NCBI GenBank assembly: GCA_043817315.1 | Contig: JBDRGY010000016.1 | Span: forward strand, 4,863 to 68,862 | DNA length: 64,000 bases | Direction of reading: 5' to 3' | Source: Patescibacteria group bacterium | GTDB lineage: Bacteria; Patescibacteriota; Patescibacteriia; JBDRGY01 | Part shown: positions 47,280-57,837 of the stretch, piece by piece | Layout: each line of letters starts with the position of its first letter | Position numbering within the stretch: the stretch's first letter is position 1 | Position numbers and translations under genes: made by a program | Notes under the pieces: model-generated | Told to the model about the DNA's origin: nothing | The model's database searches: none | What the model saw: only the letters and a program-made list of their open reading frames with translations

Positions 47280-47903
47280 TCAATTAATGATTATTACTTC
47301 ACCGTCCTGCAGCGCTTTATGGGGAATTTTATACCTAATATAATATTTCACCAGCCGCTTTATGGCTGATGACTCAAAATGTTTAGACTTGTAATGGGGC
47401 GCAATGGAGAATTTAATTAGATTCAACCCTCGCCAAATTATTCTTTTTTGTCCGCGATAGGGTTTTTGTGAGGCATCATCAACCAACTCCAGCCCTTTCA
47501 AGCTTGGCGCCATTACACAGCCACCAGCGCTGTAGCCGCCGTATAATAAATCTTTAGATTTAGCATATTGCCTCAAGATATTATCCAGACCACTTAATCG
47601 CATTGCCTGCCGCAGCACGAAAACATTGCCGCCCCTGACCCAGAGCACACCGAACTGATCCATTTTCTGTTTTAGCTGCTTGGATTTCCCAAAGTATTTA
47701 CGCAAATCAATATTTTCTGCCTTAAGCCCAACTCTAGTCAATTGCATGCGGTCAAACTGTTCACTTTTCTTTCTTCTGGCCAGATCCTTGGAATAATCTA
47801 AGGCATTAGAAATATAAGCGGTTTTTCGATTGTCTTTAGGGATCAAAGACTTAAACCTCTTGGGTTGGCTGATTACCTTATAGGATGATAGGTAAAACTT
47901 CAT
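47280..47903 (-). CDS. Peptidase E (S51) family
   Basis: VRGGNVF.L, YGGYSAG, PHY. Confidence 0.88.
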   Translation of the reverse strand: MKFYLSSYKVISQPKRFKSLIPKDNRKTAYISNALDYSKDLARRKKSEQFDRMQLTRVGLKAENIDLRKYFGKSKQLKQKMDQFGVLWVRGGNVFVLRQAMRLSGLDNILRQYAKSKDLLYGGYSAGGCVMAPSLKGLELVDDASQKPYRGQKRIIWRGLNLIKFSIAPHYKSKHFESSAIKRLVKYYIRYKIPHKALQDGEVIIIN

Positions 47904-47919
47904 GAAATGAATGACAGAT

Positions 47920-48726
47920 TTATTTTGTCGCTATAATTAATCCGGTAACACAGGTTTCGATGAATTTCCCTTTATTTTTGATCTGTCTTTTAACAAAATT
48001 ATCTACATCCTTCAAAACAAAACTCCAGGTTTCTTGATTTGGCGTCGGTGAGTAACTGTCTTTAAAAGTGGCGAAATATTGGGTGAACAATTCAGGCTTA
48101 TTTACCTTTCCCGTAGATAATGAGGTTTTAATATTTGAAAATTTTGATAGAAATCTCTTTACATTTTCGACATTAACGACATCTTTTCCATGTTCAGTTT
48201 TTAGTTTATATTTTTTACAGATAAGTTTTTCGCATTTACATAATTGGGGCTTATCCCTTCTTGAATTTAAGGTGATAATAAAAATCCCTCCCGGCTTTAA
48301 ACATCTATAAATTTCGTTAATTCCTTTTTGGACATGGGCCAAATGATATAACATGTGTTTGGCAACGATTATATCAAAATGATTGCTCTTAAAGTATAAA
48401 TTTTCGGCATCGCCCACTTTTAAACTGATATTCAATTTTTCTTTCGCATTTTGCTTTATTCCAGGCATTATAATCCCGCCTGATATGTCGATTCCATATA
48501 ATTCGCCTTTAAACCCCGTTTTTCTGATTTGGATCAGCAAATCACCGTTTCCGCAGCCGACATCCAAAACCCGTTTTGCTTCAACTTTTTTAATTATATC
48601 GATTATCTTGGTTCCGAATTGAACCCTTGGTTTGGCGAAACTATTAAATTTTTTTCTGAAAACAAGTTTAGAATCGTCTTTGTAGTGATGACTTTTGAGG
48701 TATTTTTTATTTACAAATTTTTGCAT
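47920..48726 (-). CDS. Class I SAM-dependent methyltransferase
   Basis: VLDVGCGNG, GDAE, HMLYH, LKPGG; ATG 48726 preferred because the longer ORF runs into the tRNA flank. Confidence 0.88.
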   Translation of the reverse strand: MQKFVNKKYLKSHHYKDDSKLVFRKKFNSFAKPRVQFGTKIIDIIKKVEAKRVLDVGCGNGDLLIQIRKTGFKGELYGIDISGGIIMPGIKQNAKEKLNISLKVGDAENLYFKSNHFDIIVAKHMLYHLAHVQKGINEIYRCLKPGGIFIITLNSRRDKPQLCKCEKLICKKYKLKTEHGKDVVNVENVKRFLSKFSNIKTSLSTGKVNKPELFTQYFATFKDSYSPTPNQETWSFVLKDVDNFVKRQIKNKGKFIETCVTGLIIATK

Positions 48727-48779
48727 ATTCTGGTAATCATATTCGGCGGAAACATTAGTTCCACTAGTTGGCAACAAAG

Positions 48780-48866
48780 CGGAGAGGGAGGGATTTGAAC
48801 CCTCGAGACCCTTGCGAGCCTACTTGCTTTCCAAGCAAGCGCACTAGACCACTATGCGACCTCTCC
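48780..48866 (-). tRNA. tRNA-Ser(GGA), intact, no encoded CCA, flanked by a 13-bp inverted repeat
   Basis: Acceptor GGAGAGG/CCTCTCC, arm CTTGC-TTGGAAA-GCAAG, long variable arm. Confidence 0.93.
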
Positions 48867-48893
48867 GCTCTGTTGCCAAATTATTAATAAACA

Positions 48894-48920
48894 CGCATTA
48901 GACCACTATGCGACCTTTCC
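48894..48920 (-). pseudogene. 5' fragment of a second tRNA-Ser
   Basis: GGAAAGGTCGCATAGTGGTCTAATGCG has 2 differences from the intact copy and lies 8 nt after TGCTATAAT. Confidence 0.8.
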
Positions 48921-49048
48921 GCGATGTTATTATAGCATAATAAATACAGGCCAAAAGTCAAAGGTTTGACAAAATTTATCACTGAAACTAAAATAAGGGC
49001 AGCTCAATCACCAGGAAAAAACTGCAGTTGGCCATAGGGGAGGTAATC

Positions 49049-49297
49049 ATGTTGGTTTTTCTCAAAGCAGACGCGACCTGGGAAGATCGCAAAGGCCTCA
49101 GGCAGCAGTTGACCAGATGTACCGTTAGCGGTGAAGTGGTTCCTCTGCGTGACGGTCGTTTCGGCTATGCCCTGGAGCATATGCGTCGTGGGCCCACTCC
49201 GGAAGAACTGGACTTCCTAGAGGGACTTCCCCAGGTTGACCACGTTGAACTAGGACAATGGCCTGATCCCAGGCCCCAGACAGTCAGGAGGACCTAA
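49049..49297 (+). CDS. Small hypothetical protein, ACT/ferredoxin-like fold suspected
   Basis: TTGACA-N17-TAAAAT promoter, GGGGAGG SD, C-terminal LEGLPQVDHV. Confidence 0.6.
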   Translation: MLVFLKADATWEDRKGLRQQLTRCTVSGEVVPLRDGRFGYALEHMRRGPTPEELDFLEGLPQVDHVELGQWPDPRPQTVRRT

Positions 49298-49527
49298 TGC
49301 TGATTCAAACGGTGACCGGAGCTGATACGGCCCTGGTTGAGCAGTCAGTCAGGCAACTGACCCAACACGGTGCCGTCAGCTGTTGCGGCAGCAATGTCAA
49401 GATCGACCTGGGTGATTCTGCCTTTTCGGCCAGTTTCCTCAGAGACCTGGAGTCGATCCCCGGAGTCACCTGTGTCCAGGTGGAAGAGGGCGAAGACGCC
49501 AACTACTGCCGCATGGGTGACGACTAG
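49297..49527 (+). CDS. Small hypothetical protein, ACT/ferredoxin-like fold suspected
   Basis: AGGAGG SD, TAATG coupling, C-terminal LESIPGVTCV. Confidence 0.6.
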   Translation: MLIQTVTGADTALVEQSVRQLTQHGAVSCCGSNVKIDLGDSAFSASFLRDLESIPGVTCVQVEEGEDANYCRMGDD

Positions 49528-49585
49528 ATCTTTCGAGCTTGGGGAGAGCGAGTTTACTCTCCCCCATTTTATTCCTCACAAATTT

Positions 49586-50641
49586 ATGATAACCCGAGTC
49601 AAAACCAAAGTAATCAAAATCGGTCAACAAGCAATCGGAGGCAACCATCCGGTTCTAGTTCAATCCATGTGCAATACAGACACCAGAAATGTTGCCAGCA
49701 CTGTCAAGCAAATCCGGGAATTACAACAAGCGGGGTGTGAAATTGTCCGAGTAGCTGTTTTGAACCTGGCTACGGCTCAGAAACTGGGTCAGATTAAGCA
49801 GAAGATCCAGATTCCCTTGGTAGCTGATATTCATTTTGATTATAAATTGGCTTTGGAGGCTATCAAGCAAGGTGTTGATAAGATCCGAATCAATCCTGGT
49901 AATATCGGATCTGCTGATAAGATAAAAATGGTGGTTGAGGCTGCTAAAAAGAACCATGTTCCTATCCGCATTGGCGTTAACTCTGGCTCAGTCGAAAAGC
50001 GAATTCTCCAGAAGTATAAAAATAAAGCCACCCCTCAAGCCATGGTGGAGTCAGCTCTGTATCACGTCAAGCTTTTAGAGAAATTTAACTTCAAAGATAT
50101 CGTTATTTCCCTGAAAGCCTCTGATGTCAATCGCACTATTGCCGCTTACCAATTAATTTCTAAGAAAGTTAATTATCCTCTGCACCTTGGTATAACCGAA
50201 GCCGGCACTAAATGGATGGGCACCATTAAATCAGCTATTGGTATCGGCGCTTTGCTTAATCAGGGGATTGGCGATACTATCCGGGTTTCTTTAACAGCTA
50301 ATCCTGTGGAGGAAGTTAAAGTAGCCTGGGAAATCCTCAAAGATTTGGGGCTAAGAAAACGGGGCCGCATGTTGATTTCTTGCCCCACTTGTGGCCGCAC
50401 CCAGATTAACCTAATCCCTTTGGCTCAGAAAGTGGAAGAGGCTACGGCTAATATAGAAAAGCCGATTACGGTTGCTGTGATGGGTTGTATTGTCAACGGA
50501 CCAGGCGAAGCCAGAGAGGCTGATCTGGGAATTGCCGGTGGTAAAGATGTGGGTGTTCTCTTTAAAAAAGGAAAAGTGCTAAGAACAGTCAAAGAAAAAG
50601 ATTTACTAAAAGAATTATTGAAAGAGATTAAGAAAATATAA
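49586..50641 (+). CDS. ispG: (E)-4-hydroxy-3-methylbut-2-enyl-diphosphate synthase
   Basis: VQSM.NT, ADIHF, RINPGNIG, RIGVNSGS, HLGITEAG, SCPTCGR, VMGCIVNGPGE; likely start ATG 49586. Confidence 0.96.
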   Translation: MITRVKTKVIKIGQQAIGGNHPVLVQSMCNTDTRNVASTVKQIRELQQAGCEIVRVAVLNLATAQKLGQIKQKIQIPLVADIHFDYKLALEAIKQGVDKIRINPGNIGSADKIKMVVEAAKKNHVPIRIGVNSGSVEKRILQKYKNKATPQAMVESALYHVKLLEKFNFKDIVISLKASDVNRTIAAYQLISKKVNYPLHLGITEAGTKWMGTIKSAIGIGALLNQGIGDTIRVSLTANPVEEVKVAWEILKDLGLRKRGRMLISCPTCGRTQINLIPLAQKVEEATANIEKPITVAVMGCIVNGPGEAREADLGIAGGKDVGVLFKKGKVLRTVKEKDLLKELLKEIKKI

Positions 50642-50693
50642 TTTCAAGATAAAAAATGAGGGCGGTAATATATCGCCCTCTTTGTTATGCCCC

Positions 50694-50963
50694 TTACCAG
50701 TTAGTACTTGAGGCGCTCTCGAATGTCTCCACCAGAGTTTCCCCTGACCCGGCCATTATCTCCACGGTACGAGGACCAGTGGAAACAGCTTGAATGATCG
50801 AATTGGGCGGATAATGCTGGGCCAGCATCTCCATAGAACCAACGGTAAACGTCTCGTTGCGATTCAGGATAGCTACGAAACCGTCCCGGCGCGCCTCTAC
50901 CCAGCAAGTTATTCCTTCGGGCAGATGGGGCTTGATCAAGGCCTGAATTTCCAGAGCTTCCAT
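50694..50963 (-). CDS. Hypothetical protein (GC-richer class)
   Basis: TAATG-coupled to the upstream ORF. Confidence 0.55.
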   Translation of the reverse strand: MEALEIQALIKPHLPEGITCWVEARRDGFVAILNRNETFTVGSMEMLAQHYPPNSIIQAVSTGPRTVEIMAGSGETLVETFESASSTNW

Positions 50964-51277
50964 TATTTCTTTCCTTTCCGGCCAAAGGCCTTCTCCACTC
51001 CCCTGACAATGACCGACAGGTTACGTGCCCTGATCTCGAAGCGGGCTCTGCCCACTGCCTTGACCCCAAACTGGTCCTTATGGCCGAAATGAGAGCGCAT
51101 CCGCTCTCTAAGATCATGGCTGTGACTAGGCACATTGATAACTATCCTGGTCAAATCAGGACCAGTTGCAGTTATTCTAGCTCTCTTGGTGAAAGGATCA
51201 GGCCAGCCAAACTCTGCGCCCAGGGCCGCTTCAATCCTACCGATGGCCTCACCCTTAGACAGCTGCTTTTTGGACAC
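50963..51277 (-). CDS. Hypothetical basic protein (GC-richer class)
   Basis: TTGACA-N17-TATGAT promoter, AAGGAGG SD, GTG start. Confidence 0.65.
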   Translation of the reverse strand: MSKKQLSKGEAIGRIEAALGAEFGWPDPFTKRARITATGPDLTRIVINVPSHSHDLRERMRSHFGHKDQFGVKAVGRARFEIRARNLSVIVRGVEKAFGRKGKK

Positions 51278-51353
51278 CGTACCCTCCTTGACTGATGTCC
51301 TCGGTTAATGAACAATTAAGTTATCATATTGTTTCTTATTTTCTTTGTCAAAT

Positions 51354-51386
51354 AAAACACCCCCCGCTCATAGCGGGGGGTGTTTT
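51354..51386. terminator. Intrinsic terminator downstream of ppsA
   Basis: Long GC stem CCCCCGCT-CAT-AGCGGGGG with A/T tails. Confidence 0.8.
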
Positions 51387-51395
51387 CAGTAATGG

Positions 51396-53804
51396 TTATT
51401 TTTTGTTCTTTTTCATTTTTGATATTAATAATGTAGTCTTAATTACAGTATCAGGGTTTAGAGAAATACTGTCAATACCACACTCCACCAGAAATTTAGC
51501 AAACTCCGGATAGTCTGATGGAGCTTGGCCACAAAGACCGATTTTACGATTGTATTTGTGGGCGGTATCAATCACCTGTTTTACTAAATCTTTGACCGCT
51601 TTATTCCTTTCATCATAAACATGAGCTACCAGGGCCGAATCTCGATCAACCCCCAGAGTTAACTGAGTTAAATCATTGGTGCCTATGGAAAAGCCGTCAA
51701 AGATCTTGGCAAATTGCTCGGCCAATATCACATTGGAGGGAATCTCACACATTACATATAACTCTAAACCGTCTTTGCCCCTAACTAAGCCGTGTTTTTT
51801 CATTTCAGCAATCACTAATTTTCCTTCGGTAATCGTCCGGCAAAACGGTACCATTATTTTAACGTTGGTTAGGCCCATTTCTTCTCTGACTTTACGCAGG
51901 GCTTTACATTCCAGAGCAAAACCGGCCTTGAAGTTTTCATCATAATAGCGGGAAGCACCACGCCAGCCGATCATCGGGTTTTGTTCTTCGGGTTCGAAGT
52001 ATTTACCACCGATCAGATTAGCGTATTCATTGGTCTTAAAATCAGACAAGCGGACAATTACATCCTTGGGATAAAAGGCGGCTCCGATCATGGCAATGCC
52101 TTGGGCTAGTTTGTCAATAAAATACTTTTTCTTATCTTTGTAGCCCTTAGTCAACTGAAGGATTTCCTTTTTCTCCTTGGCTGATTTGACTTTGTTAAAG
52201 TGAATCAAAGCCATCGGGTGAATCTGGATGTAGGAATTGATGATAAATTCTTCCCGGGCCAAACCGACTCCCTGGTTAGGTATAAAGGAAGAATCAAAAG
52301 CAATGTCCGGAGAGCCTAAATTCATCATTATTTGGGTTTTGGTCTTTTTGATTCCTTTTAGGTTGGTCTTTTTTATATTAACCTTGGCCTTTCCTTCGTA
52401 TATAAAGCCGTTTTCTCCCTCAGCACAGGAAACGGTAACTGTCTGACCCGGCTTTATTTGGCGGGAGGCATTTTCTGTCCCCACGATACAGGGAATACCC
52501 AATTCTCTAGAAACAATAGCGGCGTGACAAGTTCTGCCTCCTTTGTCGGTAACTATTCCGGCCGCTATTTTCATAATCGGTTCCCAGTCCGGATCAGTCA
52601 TTTCGGTCACTAGGATCTGGCCTTTTTTAAATTTATGGATGTCTCTAACGCTTTTAATAACATTGGCCACTCCCGAAGCTACTTTGGTTCCAACCGGCGC
52701 ACCTTTAGCTAGAATCTTTCCTTTGCTCAAAACAGAATACTCCTCTAAGATATTGTAGTTTCTTTGTGACTGAACCGTTTCTGGCCGCGCCTGCACGATA
52801 TACATCTTACCGGATTGACCATCTTTGGCCCATTCCATGTCCATTGGCTTTTGGTAATGATTCTCGATAATGACCGCCCATTTGGCCAGATTTAAAACTT
52901 CCTGATCAGTCAGCATAAATTGAGCTTGCATTAGTTTAGACACAGGTACATTCTTGGTGGGCTCTTTGGGATCATCGCTATAAATCATTTTGATTCGCTT
53001 GCGGCCGATCCGTTTAGAAATTATCGGTTTATATTTATCCAAAGTTGGTTTAAAAACATAATACTCATCCGGATTAACTGCTCCTTGGACAATGTTTTCA
53101 CCCAAACCGTAAGCAGCATTGATTAATACCGCATTCTCAAAACCCGTCTCTGTATCGATCGAAAACATCACCCCAGAGCCAGCTTTGTCTGACCTGACCA
53201 TTTTCTGGATACCGATTGATAGACCAATCTTGAAGTGATCAAAGCCCTTATCTTCTCTGTAGGAGATAGCCCGGTTGGTAAATAAGCTGGCAAAACACTT
53301 GCGGCAAGCTAGCAGCAAATTCTGGGCTCCCCGGATATTTAGATAGGTTTCCTGCTGTCCGGCAAAAGAGGCATCCGGCAAATCTTCGGCTGTGGCCGAA
53401 GAACGAACAGCCACATCCACGTTTTTACCGTACTGCTTTTCCAACTGGCGATATGCTTTGATAATTGCCTCCTCCAGTTCTTTGGGCAAAGGTGCTTTGA
53501 GGATAATCTGGCGCACCGCTCGGCCCCTGCTCATCAGGTTCTTCAAATCGTGAGTATTTAGATCCTTGAGGATATCTTTAATCTGCTGGGCTATCTTGGC
53601 TTTTTTCAGTAAATAAAAATAGGCATAAGCCGTTACGGCATAGCCGTTGGGAATCAATACGCCTTTGGGCACCAAATAACTGTACATTTCTCCTAAAGAG
53701 GCGTTTTTACCTCCCACCAGGGACACATCTTTATTGTCTGTTTCCGAGAACCAGAGGATAAATTTTTTCTTCTTGGATAGTATGGCTTTCTTTGATTTGG
53801 TCAT
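51396..53804 (-). CDS. ppsA: Phosphoenolpyruvate synthase
   Basis: VGGKNASLGEM, RSSATAEDLP.ASFAGQQET, GGRTCHAAI, EIPSN, GFSIGTNDLTQ. Confidence 0.97.
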   Translation of the reverse strand: MTKSKKAILSKKKKFILWFSETDNKDVSLVGGKNASLGEMYSYLVPKGVLIPNGYAVTAYAYFYLLKKAKIAQQIKDILKDLNTHDLKNLMSRGRAVRQIILKAPLPKELEEAIIKAYRQLEKQYGKNVDVAVRSSATAEDLPDASFAGQQETYLNIRGAQNLLLACRKCFASLFTNRAISYREDKGFDHFKIGLSIGIQKMVRSDKAGSGVMFSIDTETGFENAVLINAAYGLGENIVQGAVNPDEYYVFKPTLDKYKPIISKRIGRKRIKMIYSDDPKEPTKNVPVSKLMQAQFMLTDQEVLNLAKWAVIIENHYQKPMDMEWAKDGQSGKMYIVQARPETVQSQRNYNILEEYSVLSKGKILAKGAPVGTKVASGVANVIKSVRDIHKFKKGQILVTEMTDPDWEPIMKIAAGIVTDKGGRTCHAAIVSRELGIPCIVGTENASRQIKPGQTVTVSCAEGENGFIYEGKAKVNIKKTNLKGIKKTKTQIMMNLGSPDIAFDSSFIPNQGVGLAREEFIINSYIQIHPMALIHFNKVKSAKEKKEILQLTKGYKDKKKYFIDKLAQGIAMIGAAFYPKDVIVRLSDFKTNEYANLIGGKYFEPEEQNPMIGWRGASRYYDENFKAGFALECKALRKVREEMGLTNVKIMVPFCRTITEGKLVIAEMKKHGLVRGKDGLELYVMCEIPSNVILAEQFAKIFDGFSIGTNDLTQLTLGVDRDSALVAHVYDERNKAVKDLVKQVIDTAHKYNRKIGLCGQAPSDYPEFAKFLVECGIDSISLNPDTVIKTTLLISKMKKNKK

Positions 53805-53919
53805 GGAAATTTTTGTATTAGTGAATTAATTTGGTTTAATTATAAACTAAATTAAGACTTTAAACAAACCAAAAGCTCGCAAACCGAAATGATTACGAGC
53901 TTGGTTCTTATGTTGACGA

Positions 53920-54243
53920 TTAAATGTTCAACTTCTTGGCGAACTGACCGATCAGCGGCATCTCCCAGTAGTTGCCTTGCAACGCCTGCAAAATTCCCAT
54001 GATGGCCAGAATAATAGTTCCCAGAGAAAGCAGCCAGCCAATGAACGGGATCCAGAACAAGAAGGCCAATATCACTTCCACGATGAAGAGAATCAGACCT
54101 TGCTTGGCATGGTGCTGGGCGAACTTGCTGTCTCTCTTTAGAAGCAGCGGAACAAAGCAAAGAATCCAGATGTAGCCGATAGCGGCAATCGTCTTGTTCT
54201 CTTCGATGTCATCGCCTCCTTTTTTGGGTTTGTCGTCGGGCAT
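53920..54243 (-). CDS. DUF4870-like membrane protein
   Basis: AAIGY, F..HHAKQG, G.YW.MPLIG; GGAGGT SD. Confidence 0.8.
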   Translation of the reverse strand: MPDDKPKKGGDDIEENKTIAAIGYIWILCFVPLLLKRDSKFAQHHAKQGLILFIVEVILAFLFWIPFIGWLLSLGTIILAIMGILQALQGNYWEMPLIGQFAKKLNI

Positions 54244-54267
54244 AAAGCACCTCCTTTAATAACAAAT

Positions 54268-54744
54268 TTATTTTTTATAATTGACTCTTTTAACTAAAGA
54301 AGATAGGTACGTGTCTTTTTTACCGGATGCGGGTTGGCTTTTGGTCAGAGATAAGATCAGATGAAGCAGCCAGACTACCACCAGGCCCAGGATACCCGTT
54401 CTCACCGGCTCGGCAATCAGATTGAATATCAAATAAACTTTCCTGAAATAGATAATTTTGAAGATGGCGATCAATAGCCCGATCAGCACCCCCATCATGG
54501 CTGCGGCTGTTCCCGCTTCCGTAAAGGAATCTCTGCGCCTCAGGTAAATGGCCCAGCCCACATAGATAAATGAAACTACATTGATAATCCAGAAAAAATA
54601 TACTTTAACTTCGAAAACTATCATCACTGCCTCAGCAATAGTTACCACAATAATCGGTAAAAGAATAATCCCCAAATAGTAATCAAAATTCTTGCCTCCC
54701 ACCAACTGAGCTGGTTTTTTCTCTTTAGGACGATATTCTTTCAT
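54268..54744 (-). CDS. Four-TM hypothetical membrane protein
   Basis: ATG 54744 lies 7 nt after TATACT, consistent with a leaderless start. Confidence 0.7.
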   Translation of the reverse strand: MKEYRPKEKKPAQLVGGKNFDYYLGIILLPIIVVTIAEAVMIVFEVKVYFFWIINVVSFIYVGWAIYLRRRDSFTEAGTAAAMMGVLIGLLIAIFKIIYFRKVYLIFNLIAEPVRTGILGLVVVWLLHLILSLTKSQPASGKKDTYLSSLVKRVNYKK

Positions 54745-54833
54745 ATGTATCAGTATACAACTATTTAAGGTGTAAATCAAAAGCGCCCCATCGCATGATA
54801 GAGCACTTTTGTATCGATATCTTTACGCTTCTA

Positions 54834-56486
<1,653 letters not shown>

Positions 56487-56499
56487 TTATAATTTTAAA

Positions 56500-56787
56500 C
56501 TAATATTTAGCTAAAATATCCTCTTGCTTGATAATCAGCAGCTCCTCGTCATCAACCTTAATCTCATCCGGACCGTATTTGGCAAAGATTACTTGGTCAC
56601 CCGTTTTAAGATTCATGGGCACTCTTTTGCCGTCATCGGTTAATTTGCCTTCGCCTACTGCTACTACTTCGCCCTTCTCCGGCTTCTCTTTTTCTGCAGT
56701 ATCAGGCAAAACAATGCCGGATTTGGTTACTTCGTCTTCCTTAATCGGTCTGATTAAAACTCGATCTCCTAGAGGTTGAATTTGCAT
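56500..56787 (-). CDS. groS: Co-chaperonin GroES
   Basis: PLGDRV, TKSGIVLP, GEVVAVG. Confidence 0.98.
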   Translation of the reverse strand: MQIQPLGDRVLIRPIKEDEVTKSGIVLPDTAEKEKPEKGEVVAVGEGKLTDDGKRVPMNLKTGDQVIFAKYGPDEIKVDDEELLIIKQEDILAKY

Positions 56788-56816
56788 ATATTCCTTAGAT
56801 TAATGATTTTTAGCTA

Positions 56817-56843
56817 TTAGCACTCCCCTATATTGAGTGCTAA
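56817..56843. promoter_or_regulatory. CIRCE element (HrcA operator)
   Basis: Exact TTAGCACTC-N9-GAGTGCTAA upstream of groES. Confidence 0.97.
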
Positions 56844-56917
56844 TTTATAGTTTTTTCATTATAGGTTACTGAAAAGGGGGCGTCAAGCCCCCAATCCCCT
56901 ATTATTTATCCACAGGT

Positions 56918-57783
56918 TTAGGATTCTCTGTCTAATATCTCCTTTTCAATAAACTCGTTGGATAACCTGAAGTTCAACTTTCTTTCTGTGCCGGCATCTA
57001 GCACTGGTCCTCTGACTATCTCCAGACTAACCCCCTCGATATCTGTAGGATGGGCCATGGAATCCGAACTTCTTTGGCCAAACTGACGGTTGAATTCATG
57101 GGAATAATCAGCCACCAGATCCTTAACTTCTCGGTTTTCGTCCAAAACACCCAGTTCTCTGAATAGCTGATTCTGCGCCTCTTCAGAAAGTTCGTGGTTT
57201 AATATTTCGAATCCTGGATATGGCTGGCCATTAATGGTACCTTTTTCGACTAATTCATCTCTAACTTCGGCTATATCCTTGGCCCGGCCCCAGGTGCCTA
57301 CACTACCATGTGGGGAAGCAATATAGCCGCCGCCCTCTCCGATCTCAGCACTTATCGTAATTCTGGAATCAACGCCATAATGTCGTCTCGCCCTTAGGTC
57401 CTCATTAGACATACTGCGGCCGGTTCTTTTTTCCCACTCTTCTTTGTGAGCCAAAACTGTTTTGGCATAGTGCTCCAGGCGCCCCCTAATTTTTCTTAGA
57501 ATCTCAACGTCTTTTTGATCTCCTCCATCTTCTAATTTGTCAGCTAATCTTTCTATACGGTTAAGAAGCTGACCGGTGGGACTGCTTTCTTTGTCTTCTA
57601 CATACTCCCGCATGGCGATTTCGCCATGCTTTTCCGCTATTCGGACTAAGGCCTCTTTGTCTTCATTGCTAATCTCGTCGATTCTACCTAATTTTCGAAT
57701 TTCTTCTTCTTTGTAAGCTCCCACTTCGGCTGTTTTTTATCTTCGATGCGGCCCTCTATTGATGATCCTGATTCTCTTGGCAT
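56918..57783 (-). CDS. Acidic hypothetical protein, apparently frameshifted near its 5' end
   Basis: SD AGGAGA plus ATG 57783 is one nucleotide out of frame with ORF 56918-57724; an A6 run lies between them. Confidence 0.6.
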
Positions 57784-57837
57784 AATATTGTCTCCTAATT
57801 AATTATTGATTCTTTTATAATATCAAGTTAACTTAAC

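Noticed and set aside
40338-48726. Integron cassette array
   Set aside because: Genes are tightly packed or overlapping, with no recognisable attC sites and no integron integrase.
49370-49585. N-terminal extension of IspG in the ORF track
   Set aside because: It overlaps the SD-led 49297-49527 ORF; IspG similarity starts at ATG 49586.
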